DNA of 60,532 nt from Bacteroidota bacterium (GCA_025356235.1 JANXUL010000084.1:1-60532), one strand, 5' to 3'; shown: positions 1-10,823, counted from the stretch's first letter. Translations and numbers: made by a program. Notes: generated by a model from the sequence alone, not told the origin.

Positions 1-2
1 CC

Positions 3-293
3 AGGATTGGTCATGGCACTACCATCGTAAGTACCTATATCATGGGTAATGATTATTACGAAACCATTGAAGAAATGGAGCAGAATAAAATTAACGGTTT
101 GCCCAAGATCGGCATTGGCGAACGTTGTTATATAAAAGATGCGATTATCGATAAAAACTGTCGTATTGGCAATGATGTTCGCATCAATGGCGGCTCGCAT
201 TTGGCTAATACTGATCATGCTTTGTACACTGTAAAAGATGGTATAGTGGTGGTTAAGAAAACAGCAGTATTACCTGATGGGTTTGTGATTTAA
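3..293 (+). CDS. glgC: Glucose-1-phosphate adenylyltransferase, C-terminal fragment (5' truncated by window)
   Basis: Frame open from base 3 (RIGHGTTIVSTYIMGNDYYE...IGIGERCYIKDAIIDKNCRIG...KDGIVVVKK), typical GlgC beta-helix C-terminus; glgB nearby. Confidence 0.9.
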   Translation, partial: RIGHGTTIVSTYIMGNDYYETIEEMEQNKINGLPKIGIGERCYIKDAIIDKNCRIGNDVRINGGSHLANTDHALYTVKDGIVVVKKTAVLPDGFVI

Positions 294-382
294 GTAAGCC
301 ATACGCTGTTAGCAGCAAGCTGTTGGTCTGTAACACTAACGCATTTGTTTTTCTAATACTAAAGACATACAGTTAGCTGCTC

Positions 383-409
383 AAAAAACATCCGGGAGGG
401 ATGTTTTTT
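383..409 (+). terminator. Intrinsic terminator after glgC
   Basis: aaaaaacatcc-gggag-ggatgtttttt hairpin with U-tract. Confidence 0.65.
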
Positions 410-464
410 ATTGTATTTTAAAGTTCGTGTATTAAATACATATTCATTGCTATAAACGATTGTC

Positions 465-1847
465 ATGGCCCCATCAACTCCCATGCCCGCTTCGGCGGGT
501 ACCAGTCCCAAGCCAAGGTTAAGCCTTGCCCAAATATTTTTTATGAGTTTTGGGTTCTTAGGTATCCAGTTTGGGTTTGCTTTACAGAATGGCAATACCA
601 GCCGTATACTGCGTTCATTTGGTGCAGATGTAGACCAGTTACCTATGTTCTGGATAGTGGCGCCATTAGTAGGTATGATAGTGCAGCCATTGATTGGCCA
701 CTACAGCGACCGGACCTGGAACCGCTTGGGGCGGCGTAAACCCTATTTTTTAGCCGGCGCACTTTTATCGTCGGCAGCACTGATCTTTTTACCTAATTCA
801 GGTGCTATGTCGTCTGTGGTGCCCGCTTTATGGATCGGTGCAGGAATGGTGATGATTATGGATGCTTCTTTCAATGTAGCCATGGAGCCCTTTCGCGCAT
901 TGGTGGCAGATAACCTGCCGGATTCACAAAGAACCAGTGGATTTGCCGTGCAAACTTTTCTGATCGGTATTGGTGCGGTGGTGGGTTCAGAGCTTCCCTC
1001 TTTCCTGGCTAAACATGGGTTTTCGCAGGAAGCGGGCAGCAGCGGGGTGGCAGATAATATCCGTTACTCTTTTTATATTGGTGCCGCGGTATTTGTTATT
1101 GCTATACTGGTAACAATATTCAAATCAAAAGAATACCCTCCCGCAGAATACCAAAAATACCATGGGAGGAATGAAGCGGCTGAAAAAGCAGGCCTTTCAG
1201 AAATATTTAAAGACTTTGGTCGGATGCCACGCACTATGCGGCAATTAGGACTTGTACAGTTCTTCTCCTGGTTTGCACTGTTTAGCATGTGGGTATTTAC
1301 AACAGATGCTGTAGCTACACATGTATATGGGCTTACCGGTGATTATGCAAAATCTGTTGCTTACAACGAAGCGGGTAACCATGTTAGTTCTGCTTTTGGT
1401 ACCTATAATTTAGTAGCGGCCGTATATGCATTGTGCCTTCCCTTGGTAGCTAAATTCCTGGGAAGAAAAGGAACGCACGCTTTTTCGTTAACTGCCGGTG
1501 GGATAGGGCTGATATCCATTTATTTTATCAAGGACCCCGCTATGCTAACTTATTCGATGATTGGGGTAGGGCTGGCGTGGGCAAGCATACTTGCCATGCC
1601 TTATGTGATCTTATCAGGTTGTATACCCCCAGGTAAATTGGGTATCTACATGGGTATTTTTAATTTCTTTATCACCTTACCACAGATTATCAATGGTGTA
1701 TGTGGTGGATGGATCGTAAAACACTTGTATGGCGGCCAACCAATTTATGCCATCGTTCTTGCAGGCTTCTTTATGCTTTGTGCAGCAATAAGTGTATTGT
1801 TTGTGTATGATGCGGGGGCTATTAAAATAAAGCAGGGGCTTGAATAA
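465..1847 (+). CDS. MFS sugar (maltose/sucrose-type, MalT/SUC-like) transporter
   Basis: ~12 hydrophobic segments; GFLGIQFGFALQ and VQPLIGHYSDRTWNRLGRRKPY motifs; next to glycogen genes. Confidence 0.85.
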   Translation: MAPSTPMPASAGTSPKPRLSLAQIFFMSFGFLGIQFGFALQNGNTSRILRSFGADVDQLPMFWIVAPLVGMIVQPLIGHYSDRTWNRLGRRKPYFLAGALLSSAALIFLPNSGAMSSVVPALWIGAGMVMIMDASFNVAMEPFRALVADNLPDSQRTSGFAVQTFLIGIGAVVGSELPSFLAKHGFSQEAGSSGVADNIRYSFYIGAAVFVIAILVTIFKSKEYPPAEYQKYHGRNEAAEKAGLSEIFKDFGRMPRTMRQLGLVQFFSWFALFSMWVFTTDAVATHVYGLTGDYAKSVAYNEAGNHVSSAFGTYNLVAAVYALCLPLVAKFLGRKGTHAFSLTAGGIGLISIYFIKDPAMLTYSMIGVGLAWASILAMPYVILSGCIPPGKLGIYMGIFNFFITLPQIINGVCGGWIVKHLYGGQPIYAIVLAGFFMLCAAISVLFVYDAGAIKIKQGLE

Positions 1848-1967
1848 AATATATCTTTTAATTAATAGCCCCAATCACATACATATACTGTATGCGCAAC
1901 GGCGCCCATTTTACTGTTCTTGCCAAAAAAAGGGTATATTAGAAGCACTTAAATAAAAATCAAAACA

Positions 1968-2162
1968 ATGCAAACAGGAACCGTAAAATTTTTTAACGAA
2001 GCCAAAGGCTTTGGTTTTATCAAAGAAGACAGTACTAACAAAGAGTATTTTGTTCATTCATCTGGGTTAAAAGAAGAGGTAAAAGAAAACGATAAAGTTC
2101 AATTTGAGGTTGGCGAAGGCAAAAAAGGCCCCATGGCAGTGGATGTGATTGTGGTAAGATAA
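1968..2162 (+). CDS. Cold-shock protein (CspA family)
   Basis: GTVKFFN, KGFGFI (RNP1), YFVHSS (RNP2), 64 aa. Confidence 0.95.
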   Translation: MQTGTVKFFNEAKGFGFIKEDSTNKEYFVHSSGLKEEVKENDKVQFEVGEGKKGPMAVDVIVVR

Positions 2163-2168
2163 ATAAAC

Positions 2169-2205
2169 AAAGACGTCATTTCTATCAGTTAGAGGTGACG
2201 TCTTT
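2169..2205. terminator. Hairpin terminator between csp and the convergent GLPGLI gene
   Basis: aaagacgtcatttcta-tcagt-tagaggtgacgtcttt inverted repeat. Confidence 0.7.
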
Positions 2206-2381
2206 ATTCATCAGTAACACAGCCGCTTTTAAAATAAAGCAGCTTTCACATACTTGTCTGCATACTTTCCCCAATCTTTCAGGCTGGATTTGATATCATC
2301 TCTCAAAGCGATAATGGTTACTCAAAATCAGTTGAAACTATTTCAATAGCCTGTACTGTTTATACAAAAAAGTATCGGCGG

Positions 2382-3140
2382 TCAAATCATTATTTGCCAA
2401 ATATTCCTGCTAGCATTGCGGCCCCAATCTTTCATCAATGATTTTAATTGCTGTTGAAGCTGGTTATTATTGATGACTTTTCCTTTTTTGGGTGCTGCCA
2501 TATCTGTTTCTTTTACTTCAATAAGTTCCAACTTGGTAGCATACCAGGTAGCATGTAATCGTGGAATAGCTAAGCCGAGTATCATTCCCGGTAAGCCGTT
2601 AAAACCTTCAGGCCCGCTAGTACATAATATCTGTTCAGAAAAAAAGGCCACAACAAAAACCGAATCCATAATGGTAGCCGTTGCTTTGCGGCATTCAAGG
2701 CCCGCAATGGTCCTTGTATCATTGCTGATCTTCCAGTTTATTTTTTTCAGACTGTCCTGCAGCAGGTATGTGTTTTCATATACATTTTTCTGCGTAATGG
2801 ATGTTTGGTTGGCAAGATCATTATATACCACGTTATCATTAGCCTGCCCGTTTACCCAATCGGGTGGCCTTTGTGTAACCTGTACTTCCCTTCCGGGTTT
2901 GTACAGGCTTTTAGCATCGTTGAAATAAAGGTCAAAATAACTACTGCCTGTTTTAGCTATATTTTTTTTGAATGCATCTACCCAGGTTGTATTATCGCTC
3001 CCTGCAAAATTATCTTCTAATACTTTGTATGTATTGACTAATTTTTCATATTCTATTTTTCCTTTTGTAATAAAAGTTTGTTGTGCTTGTATTTGAAGAA
3101 CAAAACCTGCGATGATAAGTATCATTAAAAAAAATCTCAT
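2382..3140 (-). CDS. GLPGLI family protein
   Basis: Signal peptide; WKISNDTRTIAGLECRKATA and GPEGFNGLPGMIL signature. Confidence 0.9.
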   Translation of the reverse strand: MRFFLMILIIAGFVLQIQAQQTFITKGKIEYEKLVNTYKVLEDNFAGSDNTTWVDAFKKNIAKTGSSYFDLYFNDAKSLYKPGREVQVTQRPPDWVNGQANDNVVYNDLANQTSITQKNVYENTYLLQDSLKKINWKISNDTRTIAGLECRKATATIMDSVFVVAFFSEQILCTSGPEGFNGLPGMILGLAIPRLHATWYATKLELIEVKETDMAAPKKGKVINNNQLQQQLKSLMKDWGRNASRNIWQIMI

Positions 3141-3166
3141 ACTATTATTATTTTAGTCTTATAATT

Positions 3167-5956
3167 TTATTTAGTAGCGCTATTAGTTGATGAAGTTGCA
3201 TTCCGGGTAAAGTTCCATATAAATGATACGAGGAAATACCTGTGCAATGTTTCGAATGTAGTTTCTGTTACCGTAGTTGATCCTGTATTCCTGTTTACCC
3301 CTTTGTTCTGATCAAGAATATCAAAGGCTGAAACGCGAACCTCACTTTTCTTATCCTTGAATAATTTCTTTGCCAGGTAAGCATCCCAGGTAACCACATT
3401 ATTATTGGTTTTGAATACTTCCGTTCTCTGGCGGAAACTGGCCGATACTGATTGCGATATCTCGAACTTGCCAGGCAGTTGGATATTCAACCCCATATTG
3501 GTGTTCATACTCCAATAATTATTATTCACATCGCGCCGGATAGTAGATGAGGAAGTGTTATAAGTGAAACTATTACCTGTGTAGATATCAAATTTATTTT
3601 CCTTGTATTTAGAAAAACCAAGGCTAATACTATGGTTGCCGCTATGACTTTCATTAAATAAGCCATTTAAATAACCGCTGCTTACATTTTCATAAAATGA
3701 ATACCCTGTATTAATATTGATCCCCCACAATTTCGGCAGCTTTTGGCTGTAACCAATTCTTGCGCGGTAATTGTAATTGCCATTCAGGTTTATATATTGA
3801 TAGCGGGTTCTGCCTATACTGTCTGTAACGGTACTGTTTCTAATGGCATTGGTGGTTATGCTATAACTTGCACTCATGTTAATACCCCTTTCTTTCAATA
3901 CCTTGTAATCATTGTAATTAGCATAAATATTATGCGTAAATTCTTGTTTCAGGTTAGGGTTACCTATCTGTACATTTAATGGATTGCTGTTGTCTGCCAC
4001 GGGTTGTAACTGTTGTATGCTTGGCTGCCTTGTGTTGCCATTATAGTTGATGGAAATTCTTTTGTTGCTGTTAAACTTATACGTAAATCCGGCCCTTGGA
4101 AAAAAGTTATTATAGGCATACCTGACTGTTGAATCTTTGATCAGGTCTTTTTGCGCAATATCGGCCCGCGCAATATCACCACCCCCGAAAATGCTATATT
4201 TTTTTGAGTTATAACGCAGCACGGTTCCGGCTGAATTGGTTAACACATCATACGCATAATCATTGCTGAAGGTCTTATTCAGGTTGGCATATTTTCCGGA
4301 TGCATTTTTATCGTAGGATAATAGCCGGGATTCAGTATTGGTTTTACCAAGGCCATAACTAACCTCGATGGTGAGGGATTTAGTGAGGGCATCTGTATAG
4401 GCCAATTTACTGGTCAGGGCTTTATTCAGACTGCCATTTACTTTTTCCTGATCCGTAGTATCAGACCTGAAAATCGTGGAAGACTTGTCATAATAATTGT
4501 TCAATGCATACAGGAAACCATCCGTATTGGTTTCTACATAACGTTGATCAATATTTAAGGAAAGTGTTCTCCCCGCTTTTTTAAATTTCTTTCTCAGTAT
4601 TAATGATGCATTCACTGACTGATCATCGGCAACCGATGAAGTAACCCGGTTACTTCGGTTAACAGGGTTGCCGAATGCATTCAATGCTTCACTGGTAAAG
4701 AGTGAACGGGTTTGGGTATTACCCTTATAAGCACGCAAGGTTAATTTTGCAGAAAAGGAACTGTCGAAAGCCCAATCATATGTTCCGCTGAGTGTATTCC
4801 TGTACTTATCTGTATAAGAAGTACTGCTTTGCTTGTTGAAGAAAAGTGTATCAGGTAATATGGATTGCGATACGGTAGTACCCGTACCTTCTGTTATGAT
4901 CTTGCCGTATTTATAACTTCCGTTAAGATTTTTTCTGTCTTCACTGAACTTGTTACCATAGTTAATTCCTGCACTCCAGCTTTTAGGTATACCCTGGCCG
5001 TAGGTATTGCTAAAATCATCATAACTGCTAAAGCCGATTGCCGTATTGCCATCATCCATCATAAACGTTTGTGGGCTATTGTCTCCGTATTTACTTGATT
5101 CATCCCAACCGAGGCCTGTTTTACCGGTACTGCTCATGATGCCATAAAAGGAAAACCTTCTTTTGCCTTTGAAGGCATTTGCCATGAGGCTGTTGTTCCA
5201 TTTATCATCAGGGCCGCCAGCTGCTTCCAGTTTGCCGAATATTCCCCGCTTTCGGTCTTCTTTTAATTTCAGGTTCAGGGTTTTTGTTTTTGATCCATCA
5301 TCAATACCGGTAAACGTGGCCTGGTCACTTTTTTTATCAAATACCTGGAACTTATCAATGGCAGCGGCATCAAGGTTCTTAGTGGCCACAGTAGGATCAT
5401 CCCCAAAAAACTCTTCTCCATCAACCAATACTTTTTCTATTTTTTCTCCTTGCGCAGTTATTTTTCCATCTTTATCTACCTGGAAACCGGGAACCTTACG
5501 CAGCATTTCTTCCACACTTGCCCCGGGCCTTACTTTAAAACTGTCTGCTTTGTATTCCATGGTATCACCTTTCATCCTGATGGCTGCTATCTGTTGACGA
5601 ACAACGACATCTTCCAGAATATGTACTTTGGTAGTTAACTTAACATTACCCATCTCAACCAACGGCTTATCTGTTACCGTAATATCATCTACATAATCTG
5701 CATAAGCAGGATAGGTTACCACTACTTTAAATTTTCCGGGACTAAGGTTTTTAATTTCAAAATTACCCTGTGCATCTGTCCGGGTAAATTTGTACAAAGT
5801 AGAGTCTTTAACCCTTAGAAGGGTAATTAAAGCATGCTCAAGATTTTGCTTGAGCATCGTATCGGTTACACTACCTTTAAGAGCAGGTTGTTGTGCCTGG
5901 CTTGATGAAAAGATAAGCACGCAAAGCATTGCCAGGAATAGGGTAATTTTCTTCAT
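3167..5956 (-). CDS. Outer-membrane beta-barrel protein with N-terminal carboxypeptidase-regulatory-like domain (TonB-dependent receptor-like)
   Basis: Signal peptide from MKKITLF (start moved from 6004); plug-like VEEMLRKVPG..VLVDGEEFFGDDP; GNPNLKQE; terminal RYFLVSFIWNF. Confidence 0.85.
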   Translation of the reverse strand: MKKITLFLAMLCVLIFSSSQAQQPALKGSVTDTMLKQNLEHALITLLRVKDSTLYKFTRTDAQGNFEIKNLSPGKFKVVVTYPAYADYVDDITVTDKPLVEMGNVKLTTKVHILEDVVVRQQIAAIRMKGDTMEYKADSFKVRPGASVEEMLRKVPGFQVDKDGKITAQGEKIEKVLVDGEEFFGDDPTVATKNLDAAAIDKFQVFDKKSDQATFTGIDDGSKTKTLNLKLKEDRKRGIFGKLEAAGGPDDKWNNSLMANAFKGKRRFSFYGIMSSTGKTGLGWDESSKYGDNSPQTFMMDDGNTAIGFSSYDDFSNTYGQGIPKSWSAGINYGNKFSEDRKNLNGSYKYGKIITEGTGTTVSQSILPDTLFFNKQSSTSYTDKYRNTLSGTYDWAFDSSFSAKLTLRAYKGNTQTRSLFTSEALNAFGNPVNRSNRVTSSVADDQSVNASLILRKKFKKAGRTLSLNIDQRYVETNTDGFLYALNNYYDKSSTIFRSDTTDQEKVNGSLNKALTSKLAYTDALTKSLTIEVSYGLGKTNTESRLLSYDKNASGKYANLNKTFSNDYAYDVLTNSAGTVLRYNSKKYSIFGGGDIARADIAQKDLIKDSTVRYAYNNFFPRAGFTYKFNSNKRISINYNGNTRQPSIQQLQPVADNSNPLNVQIGNPNLKQEFTHNIYANYNDYKVLKERGINMSASYSITTNAIRNSTVTDSIGRTRYQYINLNGNYNYRARIGYSQKLPKLWGININTGYSFYENVSSGYLNGLFNESHSGNHSISLGFSKYKENKFDIYTGNSFTYNTSSSTIRRDVNNNYWSMNTNMGLNIQLPGKFEISQSVSASFRQRTEVFKTNNNVVTWDAYLAKKLFKDKKSEVRVSAFDILDQNKGVNRNTGSTTVTETTFETLHRYFLVSFIWNFTRNATSSTNSATK

Positions 5957-6080
5957 GAGTAAGCAGTGGGTTTGGTAAAGGATGCAATTGAGGGTAAAAT
6001 CCATAAATTGTATCAGTAAAACTAAATTATTAGTTACAATTTTATGTTAAAGATTTTTATAATTTGAAAATCATTGGGTT

Positions 6081-8117
6081 ATGTCTTTAGAGATTGATCA
6101 AAACAAAAAAGAATCTTCCAAAAAAAATACTACACCTAAAAGAGCTGCACTAACAGAAAAGGTTGGAAAGGGTGCAGTAAAAAAATATGAAGAGGTACAT
6201 TTTGTAGACACTGAACAACCTGTATGGAATTATTCCTTGTTTGCTGATGAAGATGTCAGAAATTTTCAAAAAGGAACCCACTACAGCCTTTATAATTTTT
6301 TTGGTAACAAACAATTGGAAGTGCTCAATACTTCCGGAACCTACTTTGCTGTTTGGGCACCCAATGCCACATTTGTTGCAGTGGTAGGCTATTTTAATGA
6401 ATGGAATAAAGAATCGCATCCACTAAAAGTGCGTCAGGATAATTCAGGAATATGGGAAGGATTTATTCCTAAACTGCAGGCCGGTGAAGTATATAAATAC
6501 CATATTCATGGATATAATGGAATTAAATTAGACAAGGGCGATCCCTTTGCGCATTTCTGGGAAAAAAGGCCAAATACCGCTTCCATCACCTGGCAAACTA
6601 AGTATGAATGGAATGATGCAGAATGGATGGCCACCAGAAAAAAGCATAATGCCATTACCTCACCCTATTCTGTTTACGAGGTACACCTGGCTAGCTGGAT
6701 GCGGCCCGATAAAAATGACGAAGAAGTTTATAACACTTATCAGCAGATCACTGAACGACTGGTTCCTTATGTAAAAGAAATGGGTTTTACGCATGTAGAA
6801 TTCATGCCGGTAATGGAACATCCATTTGATGGCAGCTGGGGTTACCAGGGCACCGGTTATTTTGCACCCACTTCGCGTTTTGGTACACCACAGGAATATG
6901 CGGCGATGGTAGACGCTTTTCACCAGGCAGGTATTGGCGTGATCTTGGATTGGGTGCCTTCTCATTTCCCGTACGATGCACATGGATTATTTATGTTTGA
7001 TGGAACGCATACCTATGAGTATGCTGATATGCGTAAAGGCTATCACCCCGACTGGAACTCTTATATATTTAATTACAAACGAGGCGAAGTAAAATCATTT
7101 CTCATCAGCAGTGCACGTTTCTGGTGCGATCAGTTTCATACAGACGGAATTCGTGTAGATGCCGTAAGTTCAATGCTACGTTTGGATTATAGCCGTAATG
7201 CCAGCCAATGGGAACCCAATGAATATGGGGGCAATGGAAATTTAGAAGCGATTGCTTTTATTAAAGACCTGAATGAAACCCTTTACCGCGATTTCCCAGA
7301 TATTCAAACCATTGCAGAAGAAGCTACCGATTGGCCCAAGATAAGTAAACCCACTTTCGAAGACGGGTTGGGCTTTGGCATGAAATGGATGATGGGCTGG
7401 ATGCATGATACACTTGACTATTTTAAAATGGATCCGCTTTTCCGCCAGTTTCATCAGGATAAGTTTTCCTTCAGTATGATGTATTTCTATGATGAAAATT
7501 TTATGCTGCCTTTAAGTCATGATGAAGTGGTACATGGCAAAAGTCCCATGTTGTATAAAATGCCTGGCGATGAATGGCAGAAATTTGCCAACCTGCGCAT
7601 ATTATACACCTATATGTTTACACACCCCGGTGCCAAACTATTATTTATGGGGGATGAAATTGCTGCCACCAGCGAATGGAACTATAAAAGTGAATTACAA
7701 TGGGAATTATTACAGTTTCCTGGCCATAGTGGTATGAAGCAGTGTATTAAAAAACTGAATGTCCTCTACCGCTCAGAGCCTGCCTTGTATGAAAAACAAT
7801 TCGAGCCCGGGGGGTTTGAATGGGTTGACCTGAACCACCGTAGCGAATCGGTACTGGTGTATGCCCGGAAAGGCAAGAAAGAAAAAAATGATATGCTAAT
7901 CATACTGAACGTAACGCCGGTGGTTAGGCATGATTGGGAAATATATGTACACGGCAAAGGCAAATGGGCTGAAGTATTTAACAGCGACAGTAAAGAATTC
8001 TGGGGAACAGGTGATGTATATAATCCATCCATCACCGCCGAATTGGTTGATAAGGATTCTAAATGTTATAAATTAAAAGTACACTTACCGGCATTGAGTG
8101 CCATTGTACTAAAGTAA
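6081..8117 (+). CDS. glgB: 1,4-alpha-glucan branching enzyme
   Basis: FAVWAPNA, YEVHLASW, GSWGYQ, DGIRVDAV, AEE, LSHDEVVHGK GH13 motifs. Confidence 0.97.
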   Translation: MSLEIDQNKKESSKKNTTPKRAALTEKVGKGAVKKYEEVHFVDTEQPVWNYSLFADEDVRNFQKGTHYSLYNFFGNKQLEVLNTSGTYFAVWAPNATFVAVVGYFNEWNKESHPLKVRQDNSGIWEGFIPKLQAGEVYKYHIHGYNGIKLDKGDPFAHFWEKRPNTASITWQTKYEWNDAEWMATRKKHNAITSPYSVYEVHLASWMRPDKNDEEVYNTYQQITERLVPYVKEMGFTHVEFMPVMEHPFDGSWGYQGTGYFAPTSRFGTPQEYAAMVDAFHQAGIGVILDWVPSHFPYDAHGLFMFDGTHTYEYADMRKGYHPDWNSYIFNYKRGEVKSFLISSARFWCDQFHTDGIRVDAVSSMLRLDYSRNASQWEPNEYGGNGNLEAIAFIKDLNETLYRDFPDIQTIAEEATDWPKISKPTFEDGLGFGMKWMMGWMHDTLDYFKMDPLFRQFHQDKFSFSMMYFYDENFMLPLSHDEVVHGKSPMLYKMPGDEWQKFANLRILYTYMFTHPGAKLLFMGDEIAATSEWNYKSELQWELLQFPGHSGMKQCIKKLNVLYRSEPALYEKQFEPGGFEWVDLNHRSESVLVYARKGKKEKNDMLIILNVTPVVRHDWEIYVHGKGKWAEVFNSDSKEFWGTGDVYNPSITAELVDKDSKCYKLKVHLPALSAIVLK

Positions 8118-8449
8118 TTCTCTGTGCTAAAAAACAACACAAAGGCGCTGGTAATTTTTTCCGACACAAAGATTCAGAATACGCAGAGATACACGGGAAA
8201 AGTTTACCGGTTAGTTTACAACATTTTTTTTCTTGCCCGGTTCAGGCTAAAATAAATGTTGAAAAAATATTTATTTCATTTGTCGCGTTTATTATAGCCT
8301 ACTCATTAGCTGTAGCTAAAAAGTAGAAATTTCAGCCAAAGTTATTAGTGGTGGATACATTCGTTTTAAAAGCGAAGAGTTGATCCATGATATTAATGTG
8401 AAAAGCGGAGGCTTGGTTAAAAAAGCTGATCATTTATAAAAGATAGGAT

Positions 8450-9112
8450 ATGTGTTTTTCAGAAGCTGCCAGTTTTGGTTCGGGAATAGTACTTGCTGCC
8501 ATTGGCGTAGTTACACTGAAAATTACCCGTAACCCCTCACACCTGGTGTTCGCCTTTATTCCCGTTTTATTTGCTATTCAACAGATCAGTGAAGGTTTTG
8601 TATGGGTAATATTACAACATCCTGAATATGCCCGATGGCAATCAATACCTATATATGTGTTTATGTTTTTTGCCCATATTGTATGGCCATTCTGGATAAC
8701 CTTGTCTGCCTGGCTAATGGAAAACCGCATTGTGCGGAAAAAAATATTAGCTGTACTTTTTTGTGTAGCTATTGTCTTATCGGGTAGTGAAGTGTATTAC
8801 ATGCTGTTAATGCCGGTTGGGGCAGAAATAAACGGCCACCATATTCAGTATCTTTTTGAATATCCGAAGACATACCTGATTATTACCAATATTGTATATG
8901 GTTTGGTAACCATTGTACCTTGTTTTATATCAAGTATCAAACGTATGTGGTTATTGGGTTTCTGCTTTACTGCATCACTGCTTTTTTCTGCTTTATTTTA
9001 CCAGTCCCATATCCTGTCTGTCTGGTGTTTTTTTGCAGCAATACTTAGCATTATCATTTATCTAATCATTGATAATCATCAAAAATTGGGTAAGCTGCTT
9101 ATTAAAATATAA
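8450..9112 (+). CDS. Multi-pass membrane protein (DUF6629-like)
   Basis: MCFSxxASF N-terminus, QQISEGFVW, SVWCFFAA; ~7 TM segments. Confidence 0.75.
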   Translation: MCFSEAASFGSGIVLAAIGVVTLKITRNPSHLVFAFIPVLFAIQQISEGFVWVILQHPEYARWQSIPIYVFMFFAHIVWPFWITLSAWLMENRIVRKKILAVLFCVAIVLSGSEVYYMLLMPVGAEINGHHIQYLFEYPKTYLIITNIVYGLVTIVPCFISSIKRMWLLGFCFTASLLFSALFYQSHILSVWCFFAAILSIIIYLIIDNHQKLGKLLIKI

Positions 9113-9210
9113 AATCGAATGATAGTTGAAAAGGTAACCGACGGTTTATGACTGGGTATCCCCATCTTATCCACCTTTTTTGCCCGTTAACAATTCCCTA
9201 ATAAACGTTT

Positions 9211-9236
9211 TGCAACTTTTTGTTGTCTTATAACGT
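9211..9236 (+). promoter_or_regulatory. Candidate ECF sigma-factor promoter
   Basis: TGCAAC-N17-CGT, matching the ECF AAC/CGT consensus, 24 nt before the ATG at 9261. Confidence 0.4.
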
Positions 9237-9260
9237 AATTACTAACATAAAACATCGGAT

Positions 9261-9566
9261 ATGAAAACGACATCGTACGAATTACTGGTGAATGCAACGG
9301 GACAATTGATGCAACAACATGCTTTTGATCATTTATCAGATGAGAAATTATCAAGGATGCACAGTTGTTTCCGGCTGATCGGCGAATCTGCTGGTAATGC
9401 AGACATGTCCAGTACAGAAACGGAATTATTAAGCTTATGCAGCGAGGTAAACCTGTATGTAGAATCTGCCACAACACAATCCTTGCATCAATGGTATGCT
9501 GCGATGAGTTGTTTTGGTAACCTTACAGCGAACCAGCGAGTGGCAAAGCCTGAAGCGGCAGAATAA
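9261..9566 (+). CDS. Hypothetical protein (101 aa, helical)
   Basis: ATG after an A-rich leader; no recognised motif; 3' end overlaps the convergent kinase gene. Confidence 0.6.
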   Translation: MKTTSYELLVNATGQLMQQHAFDHLSDEKLSRMHSCFRLIGESAGNADMSSTETELLSLCSEVNLYVESATTQSLHQWYAAMSCFGNLTANQRVAKPEAAE

Positions 9567-10707
9567 TTCTGAATGTAGTACCCTTACCCTGCTCACTGCA
9601 TTTTACAAAGAGTTTCCCTTTGTGATACTGCTCAATAATCCGCTTACTGAGCGAAAGTCCTAATCCCCATCCACGTTTTTTTGTTGTAAAACCGGGCTTA
9701 AAAACGTTGTTTATATGATTTTTTGCAATGCCCTTGCCTGTATCAGTTACATCTATTAATATTTCTTCAGCTGTAATTGATGTTGTAATACTTATGGTGC
9801 CGTTACCTTCTATTGCATCTAAGGCATTTTTAATCAGGTTTTCCAATACCCAATCGAATAATGGAGGAGAGAGTAAAGTAGTAATATTTTTCAGGATAGA
9901 ATCATCAAAAATAAAGTTCACCTGGCCGCCGGTTCTTTTCTTCATATAGTCCAGCATAAAGTGGATCTGTTCTACGGGCTTTCTCCATTCCAGTTGGGGC
10001 TCGCTTCCTATTTTGCCAAACCTGTCGGTTATCAGCAATAAACGGTTTACATCTTTGGCAATTTCCGGCACTATGGCCGCATTGGCTTCCTGTTCTTTTA
10101 AAATTTCCAGCCAACCCTGTAAACTGGATACGGGGGTACCTAACTGGTGAGCTGTTTCTTTGGCCATGGATGCCCATAACTGGTTTTGTGCACTGCGGTA
10201 AGATGTTTGTAATGCTACAATGGCAATCGTTATAAAAAGGGCTACTATGATCAATTGCACGATTGGATAAAGCTTTACTTCTTTTAGTAACTGGCTTTCG
10301 CCATAATAATACCGGTTGGCTGTATAAGGGCTTTCTTTTAATACTAATATGATAGGCTTATGGTTATATCTTTTAAAATCAGCCAGCTTGTTACTTAGGT
10401 ATGTTTTTTCTGCTTTTACTTTTACTGTATCCAGGTTCAGGTAATTACCGGTGATGCTGTCTTTTTCATTGGTTTCAATAATGGGAATCTGGTTATTCTC
10501 TGTAGAAATTTTGGTAGCCAGGTTGATACTGGCACTATCAGATGAGTTGAGGATGGTGCGTTGGGCTTCCACCCATGCTTCTACATTTTTTCTTTCTTCC
10601 CTTGCAATTTTACCGGATACGTATTGAGAATAAAAAATAGTTCCACTCACCAGGATGATGGCTATGCCGATTAGAATGATTCTCCAGTTAAACCATTGGG
10701 GTAGCAT
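9523..10707 (-). CDS. Membrane sensor histidine kinase (orphan)
   Basis: 2 TM; H-box ETAHQLGTP, N-box LIKNALDA, DTGKG, FKPGFTTK, GWGLGL. Confidence 0.95.
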   Translation of the reverse strand: MLPQWFNWRIILIGIAIILVSGTIFYSQYVSGKIAREERKNVEAWVEAQRTILNSSDSASINLATKISTENNQIPIIETNEKDSITGNYLNLDTVKVKAEKTYLSNKLADFKRYNHKPIILVLKESPYTANRYYYGESQLLKEVKLYPIVQLIIVALFITIAIVALQTSYRSAQNQLWASMAKETAHQLGTPVSSLQGWLEILKEQEANAAIVPEIAKDVNRLLLITDRFGKIGSEPQLEWRKPVEQIHFMLDYMKKRTGGQVNFIFDDSILKNITTLLSPPLFDWVLENLIKNALDAIEGNGTISITTSITAEEILIDVTDTGKGIAKNHINNVFKPGFTTKKRGWGLGLSLSKRIIEQYHKGKLFVKCSEQGKGTTFRIILPLQALPLAGSL

Positions 10708-10823
10708 GCTGTGTAGATTTAGGATTAACAGTTTTCTGGATACTTGATTCTTGATTCTGATATTAAGTTGGAAGGTAAATTTAATTCTTTAATTTATGTA
10801 TTAACGTATTCGTTAAGCATCAT

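Noticed and set aside
6026-6053. dif site (ttatgttaaag resembles the XerD arm)
   Set aside because: No XerC arm at the 6-nt spacing
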